Source: Candidatus Iainarchaeum sp.
GTDB lineage: Archaea > Iainarchaeota > Iainarchaeia > Iainarchaeales > Iainarchaeaceae
NCBI GenBank assembly: GCA_043812975.1
Contig: JBDRLP010000030.1
Location: 1-10,648, forward strand
DNA: 10,648 nucleotides
Reading direction: 5' to 3'
The position numbers and the translations under genes are program-made. Under the pieces are notes generated by a model that was not told the origin of the DNA, did no database searches, and saw nothing but the letters and a program-made list of their open reading frames with translations. Positions 5,291 through 10,648 of the stretch are shown here, piece after piece (within the stretch, counting starts at the first letter, position 1; every line of letters begins with the position of its first letter).

Positions 5291-7393
5291 GTGCTGAAAA
5301 AAATATTTATTCTTACTTTACTTTTTGTTTTCATAATTCCAGGTGCTTTTGCTCAGGCTGCAGCACCAGATCCTGCTATATTGAATGCTGCTCTACCAAT
5401 GCTAGATAATTTTCTAAATAATCCAGGAATTCTTAATCCCGCAGCTCCTGATTTTGCTACACAATCTCATGAAATAGGTAAGGCTCTTGGGCAGGTTGTT
5501 GAGGTAGCTGCGGATACTAGTACATCTGTGTCTGAGAGAGGCAGAGCTATGCAAATGCTTTCTCGCTTTAAACAATCAACAAATCCGGCTGTGCAAGGTA
5601 AGTATGGAGAAACTGCCAGGTGGTTTCAAGCCCAATATTCAAATTCTATAAAAGACTTGTCTTCAAGTGCACAGAATCTGGCTAGGCAGGCAGGTAAGCT
5701 TGATGCAAAAACCCTTGCTGCACAGCAGAGAGCTACAGCTATTGCTCCAAACACCCGGCTTTGGGGGACTCAATGGGCTTATAGGATGAGGGAAGCAAAG
5801 GCATTGGGGCAGGCTGCTAATTATAAAGCTCAGGCTGATGCATTAAAAGCAATGTCCGAGGAATCTTCCAAACAGGCTGCAAATGCAAGGTCACAATTAC
5901 AGATTCTTAAAAATTTTGCTCCTGGTAGAGGATTGATGAATTACTTTCGTAGCACAAGGGATTGGACGGTACAAGCATATCAATACAATAAGAATCTTGT
6001 CCAAGGATTCTTTGCCGGTATTCCAGCGTGGTGGGTTGCTTTCAAAGGTTATACTAGTCAGTATGTGTTGACACCTGCAAAAGCAGCGGTTAGTTATACA
6101 GGAGGAGCAATTAGTAGTGGAGCTGCCTATTGGACTACTTATGAGGGGGTAGGACTTGGAGCTGGTTCTGCTTTCGGTGCAGCACAAGTTGCCGGTACAG
6201 CCTTAATAGGACACGTAATAGTTTACAATTCTCTGAAAGCGGTTTTGATTTCTTCGACTGCAGACAAGATACTTTATCCTCCTGATGTTATTGTAGGGAC
6301 CATAATTTACAATCCTGTTTCAAAAAATTACACTTTCAAATACTTGATTGAGCCAAACAGAGAGCTCAATATTGAGCGTTGGGATTATGTGAGAAAATAT
6401 GCTTTTGATTTCAGCGACAAAACAGGTTGGTGGGGCTGGGTTCAGCAGAAGTGGCTTTGGGTTTCTGAATTTTCAAGTTTAAATTTAATTGACATTGGAG
6501 CAGGGGTTGAAACTTGGATGGATGAAACTGAAAGCCTGACTGATTCTGAATTAATTTGGGGTTGCAGGCTCATGGTTTACAAAGTTCAGGAAGGAGCTGA
6601 AGGTCAATTTAAGGAAAGAGATTCGAGTTTTGAACCTGTAATAGTTCCGGTAAAAAATTGTGCTGCCGGCTACAACACTGAGGATGTTGATTTAATGGCT
6701 GCATTGCAAAATCAAACAGGGGAATTTGAAGCAATTATGTTTGTCAACTTTGATCCACGAATAATTTTGTTCTCAGCGGACGTGATTAATGGAAAGGGAG
6801 AATACCAAAATTATGAACGTGAAGTAACATTCCTTCCGATTCCCGGGGCAGGCTCTTCCAGGTCATTTAAAACGAGTTTCAAAGTTAATGCACGTGTATG
6901 GGAGCATGCACTTGATGATTATGCAAGGCAAAGTAACTTGCCGCCTATTGATTTGGCTATAGCAGCACCAACTGATTTTGAGAATGATTACCAAAAAGCA
7001 ATTGATGATTATGAGGGCACGAGAGCGGATGTAATGGCTATTGTTGGAATGCCTTCTTTGCCTCATTACTTTAATGTTAATCGTGGGAATGCTATAATTG
7101 ATTTTCGTAGGTCTCTGAGTGGCGTTGATTATTTTGATACAAAGTTAAATGCTACAAGAAGAGCTACTGCAGGTTCGTTGAAGAGTGGTTTAGTTAGTAT
7201 TGTGAATGTAAATACTGGTGAAGAATATGATATTACTAAAATTAGTTCTAGTATGGGTAACAAGTTTTATCTTATAATGGATGATATTTCTCCGGGAGAA
7301 TACATACTTACCTCTGTCCTTGGGGGGTATAAAGAAGTTAGTTTTAAGTTTACTGTTGAGGAAAAGAATTATGTGAACTGGTTAACTGGGTGA
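5291..7393 (+). CDS. C: secreted protein (~700 aa) with an Ala/Gln-rich helical region, a Gly/Ala-rich hydrophobic segment and a C-terminal Ig-like domain
   Basis: GTG 5291, preceded by GGTTGA, is preferred over TTG 5273 because it gives a clean signal peptide MLKKIFILTLLFVFIIPGAFA|QA. Hydrophobic Gly-rich stretch at ~6005-6250. The C-terminal DISPGEYILTSVLGGYKEVSFKFTVEE resembles the last strands of an Ig-like beta-sandwich. Confidence 0.9.
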   Translation: MLKKIFILTLLFVFIIPGAFAQAAAPDPAILNAALPMLDNFLNNPGILNPAAPDFATQSHEIGKALGQVVEVAADTSTSVSERGRAMQMLSRFKQSTNPAVQGKYGETARWFQAQYSNSIKDLSSSAQNLARQAGKLDAKTLAAQQRATAIAPNTRLWGTQWAYRMREAKALGQAANYKAQADALKAMSEESSKQAANARSQLQILKNFAPGRGLMNYFRSTRDWTVQAYQYNKNLVQGFFAGIPAWWVAFKGYTSQYVLTPAKAAVSYTGGAISSGAAYWTTYEGVGLGAGSAFGAAQVAGTALIGHVIVYNSLKAVLISSTADKILYPPDVIVGTIIYNPVSKNYTFKYLIEPNRELNIERWDYVRKYAFDFSDKTGWWGWVQQKWLWVSEFSSLNLIDIGAGVETWMDETESLTDSELIWGCRLMVYKVQEGAEGQFKERDSSFEPVIVPVKNCAAGYNTEDVDLMAALQNQTGEFEAIMFVNFDPRIILFSADVINGKGEYQNYEREVTFLPIPGAGSSRSFKTSFKVNARVWEHALDDYARQSNLPPIDLAIAAPTDFENDYQKAIDDYEGTRADVMAIVGMPSLPHYFNVNRGNAIIDFRRSLSGVDYFDTKLNATRRATAGSLKSGLVSIVNVNTGEEYDITKISSSMGNKFYLIMDDISPGEYILTSVLGGYKEVSFKFTVEEKNYVNWLTG

Positions 7394-7397
7394 AACA

Positions 7398-10300
7398 ATG
7401 GATAAAAAAAATCTTACACTATTCTTGGTTTTGCTTCTTGCCGTTCCTGCCTATGCTTTCTTGGATATGACTGCAATCACAAGTATTTTGCAGGCTGTTC
7501 AGGCACAGATTACAAGTATTGATTCTGAGGAAGTAAATTCTCTGACCCTTGTTTTTCCTGAAAGTATAAGTGATTCTGATTTACAGGAGATAAATTCTTC
7601 AATTTCTTTTAAGAACAGGGTTCTTGACGAAACTGCAAACAAGGTTGTATTGAATGATGTTTCTCCAAAACCTAATGGCACAATAAACGGCAAGAAAATT
7701 GTTTTCAATCTTAAAATTGGAAGTTACCAAGTTTCTTCTGTAAATTTCAAGCAGCCTTTGGATGTATCTATGACATCTGATCAAACGGTCACGATTAATT
7801 CTGATAATCTTGCTGCAGTAATTGTTGAACCAGGGCTGGAACCGCCTGTTCAGATAGACCCTCCTGAGGTTCCCGTATCTGTTGGAAATATGCCGAGGGA
7901 GATTAAGGTTGAGGATTTTACTTCTCTTTCAGATGGTGTTTTGATTTTTGATCCGAATAATCCGATTGAGTTGGTTAGGGATAAGTATTCTTATCTTCCA
8001 GAAAGCGGTTATGTTGTAACTCAAGAAGGAAAAATAGTAGTAGCCCAGTATGTGTTTTATAAAGAATCAGAAGACAAATATTTTTACACTACCAGTTACC
8101 CGTTTTACCGAGAGCCTTTTCTTTCTAATTTTTTTAGCTGGTCAGACTTAGTTGCTGATGCTCGGAGTGCTACTGAAAAAAATGGACGCTGGAAATATTC
8201 TGTTTCTAATGAACTTTCTGATACTGTTGCTAGTTCGCTTGGTTTGCCAACCAAGGAAGATTATTTTGGCAAGTTTGTTCAATTATTAGATGAGGATTAT
8301 ACCTTTGTTTTTTCTATGAAGAGTGGTACAGATGATACTGTTTACATTGACATTGATTATGTTGCTCTTGTCCCCAGTGATTTAATTGAAGATGATTCAA
8401 GTACAGAGGTTGAGCCTGTTCAGCCTGATGTACCTGAAGAAGATCCTGCTGCGGAAACAGAAGAGTTAAACGTCTGCAAGCCAAGATTAAATTATTTAAA
8501 ATTTGGGCCTAAGGCAACTCCGAGGGATTCTTTAGAAGAAAAGGATCGTTACATTGTTCTTGATGCGAACCCGAACGAGTTTGTTGATTTGGAGTTTAAA
8601 GTTACGAAGTTTGAAGTAACCGGGGTTGCATCTCCTGATATTGAGGAATTTGACTGCCCAATAAAACAATATACTGTAGAGCTCTGGAAGAAGAATCCTG
8701 CTGATGTTGACGATGCGGAAAAAGAAGAAATGAGAATCCAGGTTGCCTCGGGTCAGTCTGGAAGTGCAGGGGAAGAAGATCCTATTAAACAGCCAAAGCA
8801 AAAAGATTTTCCTTTTATTTCAAGTTTTAAAGTAAAATGGCAGAATTCTTATGAAAAAACATTAGGTGAAGCAGTAAAAGACCTTGAATATGTTTGGCTT
8901 AGGATTGAAACCTGTGATGAAAGTGATCCTGCTGCTGATGATGAGTGTGATGGAAAATGGTTGGATTCAGAAGCTTATAAGATTAAAATTGTTGCTCCTA
9001 AGCCAAAGCCTAAACCTGAAGTAGTTGAAGTTAAGGGCTGCAAAACAATAGCAGAGTGCAAAGCAATTCTTGATTTGAGAATGGTTGAACAGGTTTTTGG
9101 GGATATTCCTAGTGGAATTGTTACTGGTACATTAAGTGCTTCATGTAACTTGCCTAGAGAATTGACTCAGGCAGATGTTCAAAATGCTTTTGGTCCTACC
9201 TGTGCGCAATACTTTGGTTTTGTTCAGGACTCTGTTGAACAAACAGGCTTGATAAACAAAGGCTTTGATTCGCTTATGCTTTTCTCGTTGATGCAGGCGG
9301 AAAGTAATTGTAAAATAAATGCCGAAGGGGCATCTGGAAATCCTTATTGTGGTCTTATGCAATTACATTGCACAAATAATTCCAATCTTGAGTGTCCTAA
9401 TGCTTTGAGTCGTTTTGGTAATAATATAGATCGCTTTAATGCCCAGCAAAACATTGCTTGTGGAACTGAACATTTATTGGGGAAATATAGTTATGTTGAG
9501 CCTAAAATATCTGGAAACGCTCTCGAACAAATAATTCCACTCAGCTTTTTATCATATAATCGTGGTCAAGTAGCAGGAGTAAACGCTGCAAGATATTATA
9601 ATAGCGGAGACCCCTTGCATGATGCTATGGTTCAAGGTTGTGTTGATTTACCTAATGAATGGGCGAAAAGACCTGGATTTTGTGGCCAAGGACCTGTGTG
9701 GACACTAGGACAATCCGATACAACTGCTCTTGGTGCTAGATATGCGGAGAAAATAATGTATAATTACATAGCTGCCTGTGAAAAGATTGGTGTAATTTAT
9801 GGTGAGAATTCAAATGAAGTTTCTAGCACAGTTTCTTCTTTGAATTTAGCATGGCCAACCCAAAGCAAAGATGTTATTACTTGCGTTGCAAATTCCAATA
9901 ATCATTCCGGAATTGATATTGGCGGTTCAAAGGTCTTTGATGGAAGTCAACAATCATCAAGAACTGAAGGAGCAATAGGAATGCCAATATTTGCAATTGC
10001 AGATGGAACTGTTGTTGATATTAAAGATGGTTGTCCTCCTAGTGGATTTGGAACCAATTGTGGTCCAAGACCTTCAGCGAGTTATGGAAATACTGCTGTG
10101 ATTAAGTTTGATGGTTTGGAAGGGTATTTTGTTTACGCTCACTTGAAGAATAATATTTCAAAATCAAAAAACCAAAAAGTTATAAGTGGAGAACAGATAG
10201 CTGAAATGGGTACAAGTGGTTATGCAGGAGAACCACATTTGCATATTACTTGGGTAAAAGACGAATCATTTTATTCTAATAATACTTTCAATTACAATTT

Positions 10301-10403
10301 TTCATTAGCTAACACAGAAAATCCGCTTTCTCTTTTTGATGCAAGTCAGTACAATTTGATTTCATCAAGAGGTGGCGTCAGCTCAGGAACTTGTACAACC
10401 TAA
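7398..10403 (+). CDS. B2: secreted modular peptidoglycan hydrolase (1001 aa) with an SLT/GH23 lytic transglycosylase and an M23 zinc metallopeptidase
   Basis: Signal peptide MDKKNLTLFLVLLLAVPAYA, with SD GGTGA overlapping the previous stop. SLT motifs: QAES (Glu635, 9300), GLMQ (9351), NIACGTEHL, SYNRG (9552), RYAEKI (9738). M23 motifs: WP, HSGID (9903), PIFAIADGTV, YGN, YAHL (10134), MGTSG...PHLH (10236), NPL. Confidence 0.93.
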   Translation: MDKKNLTLFLVLLLAVPAYAFLDMTAITSILQAVQAQITSIDSEEVNSLTLVFPESISDSDLQEINSSISFKNRVLDETANKVVLNDVSPKPNGTINGKKIVFNLKIGSYQVSSVNFKQPLDVSMTSDQTVTINSDNLAAVIVEPGLEPPVQIDPPEVPVSVGNMPREIKVEDFTSLSDGVLIFDPNNPIELVRDKYSYLPESGYVVTQEGKIVVAQYVFYKESEDKYFYTTSYPFYREPFLSNFFSWSDLVADARSATEKNGRWKYSVSNELSDTVASSLGLPTKEDYFGKFVQLLDEDYTFVFSMKSGTDDTVYIDIDYVALVPSDLIEDDSSTEVEPVQPDVPEEDPAAETEELNVCKPRLNYLKFGPKATPRDSLEEKDRYIVLDANPNEFVDLEFKVTKFEVTGVASPDIEEFDCPIKQYTVELWKKNPADVDDAEKEEMRIQVASGQSGSAGEEDPIKQPKQKDFPFISSFKVKWQNSYEKTLGEAVKDLEYVWLRIETCDESDPAADDECDGKWLDSEAYKIKIVAPKPKPKPEVVEVKGCKTIAECKAILDLRMVEQVFGDIPSGIVTGTLSASCNLPRELTQADVQNAFGPTCAQYFGFVQDSVEQTGLINKGFDSLMLFSLMQAESNCKINAEGASGNPYCGLMQLHCTNNSNLECPNALSRFGNNIDRFNAQQNIACGTEHLLGKYSYVEPKISGNALEQIIPLSFLSYNRGQVAGVNAARYYNSGDPLHDAMVQGCVDLPNEWAKRPGFCGQGPVWTLGQSDTTALGARYAEKIMYNYIAACEKIGVIYGENSNEVSSTVSSLNLAWPTQSKDVITCVANSNNHSGIDIGGSKVFDGSQQSSRTEGAIGMPIFAIADGTVVDIKDGCPPSGFGTNCGPRPSASYGNTAVIKFDGLEGYFVYAHLKNNISKSKNQKVISGEQIAEMGTSGYAGEPHLHITWVKDESFYSNNTFNYNFSLANTENPLSLFDASQYNLISSRGGVSSGTCTT
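8481..9101 (+). repeat. Shared domain copy 2 (protein-level repeat, B2 middle)
   Basis: Same colinear motifs as 3966-4619, located immediately before the SLT domain. Confidence 0.9.
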
Positions 10404-10436
10404 ATCCCTTGTTTTAAGCAGACATTTTTTCACTAG

Positions 10437-10523
10437 CTTATGGAAAAGATGAATAAACAGCTTTCCAAAAGCACTCTCTCAGATAAAGAAACAACAGAAT
10501 TGGGTAAGAAGGTTAAGCAAGCA
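10437..10523 (+). pseudogene. Probable remnant (C-terminal half) of a small archaeal ribbon-helix-helix/VapB-like antitoxin
   Basis: Translates LMEKMNKQLSKSTLSDKETTELGKKVKQA, resembling from memory the '..M.KLLSKS.LT..DA.ELG.K.K' tail of archaeal CopG-type antitoxins. An in-frame TAG at 10434-10436 removes any N-terminal DNA-binding part. Confidence 0.4.
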
Positions 10524-10648
10524 TTTTTTCAATTTTTGTTCTTGTTTGTTTGTTAGTTTGTTTCAAATATTTTTCCAGCTTTTTTTTGTCAATAATTTTT
10601 TTCATTTCTTCAATTGTTTCTTTTCCAATCGGCTCATCATAATATGCA
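10513..10648 (-). CDS. 3' end of a convergent gene, possibly an AbiEi-like (type IV TA antitoxin) transcriptional regulator
   Basis: Open frame AYYDEPIGKETIEEMKKIIDKKKLEKYLKQTNKQTRTKIEKMLA* with the stop at 10513-10515. The 'ID.KKL..YL' tail recalls AbiEi-like C-termini. The CDS is likely real but the family call is weak. Confidence 0.6.
   Translation of the reverse strand, partial: AYYDEPIGKETIEEMKKIIDKKKLEKYLKQTNKQTRTKIEKMLA

Noticed and set aside
1059..9362. Short alternative-frame and antisense ORFs inside the operon (1059-1298, 1578-1988, 2681-2869, 2854-3039, 3149-3451, 3616-3813, 5227-5409, 5897-6187, 6863-7066, 7499-7708, 7599-7784, 8532-8801, 9141-9362)
   Set aside because: All overlap long, well-supported CDSs almost entirely and lack protein-like features or translation signals.
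7398..10403. Prophage lysin or tail-associated lysin interpretation
   Set aside because: The protein has a Sec signal peptide and disulfide-rich surface features. No holin, tail, capsid, terminase or integrase genes are visible in the window. A mobile-element origin cannot be fully excluded.
104..10410. Recurrent AATCCC in intergenic positions (107-112, 973-978, 10403-10408)
   Set aside because: Only 6 bp and also found inside coding sequence, so it is too short to call a regulatory motif or target-site duplication.
1..10648. CRISPR array, rRNA, IS element, or DGR template/variable repeat pair
   Set aside because: No regularly spaced repeats, rRNA-like sequence or transposase motifs. The B1/B2 repeat differs at all base types, mainly at synonymous sites rather than adenine-specific ones, and no reverse transcriptase is present.

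Overview
AT-rich, gene-dense prokaryotic window that looks archaeal, most like a DPANN lineage. This is inferred from TATA-like promoter boxes, GGTG(A)/GGAGG ribosome-binding sites, Cys-rich acidic secreted proteins and an archaeal-type antitoxin remnant; there is no marker gene. The core is a tightly coupled + strand operon of five exported proteins (1081-10403) in the order A1-B1-A2-C-B2. A1 and A2 are paralogous ~200 aa membrane-anchored helical proteins. B1 (980 aa) and B2 (1001 aa) are secreted and share a ~210 aa domain ending in a conserved GCKTxAECKAILDL...QVFG motif. B1 stops at that motif, whereas B2 continues into two intact peptidoglycan-degrading domains: an SLT/GH23 lytic transglycosylase and an M23 zinc endopeptidase. 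C (700 aa) is secreted and has a coiled-coil region followed by a Gly/Ala-rich hydrophobic segment, as in pore-formers or translocators. An upstream basic, amphipathic 234 aa protein shares a 14-aa motif with C. The locus is a candidate multi-component surface system for breaching bacterial cell walls. The flanks hold a possible small RNA with an operator palindrome, a truncated antitoxin-like remnant, and two partial - strand genes. No rRNA, tRNA, CRISPR array or transposase was seen.
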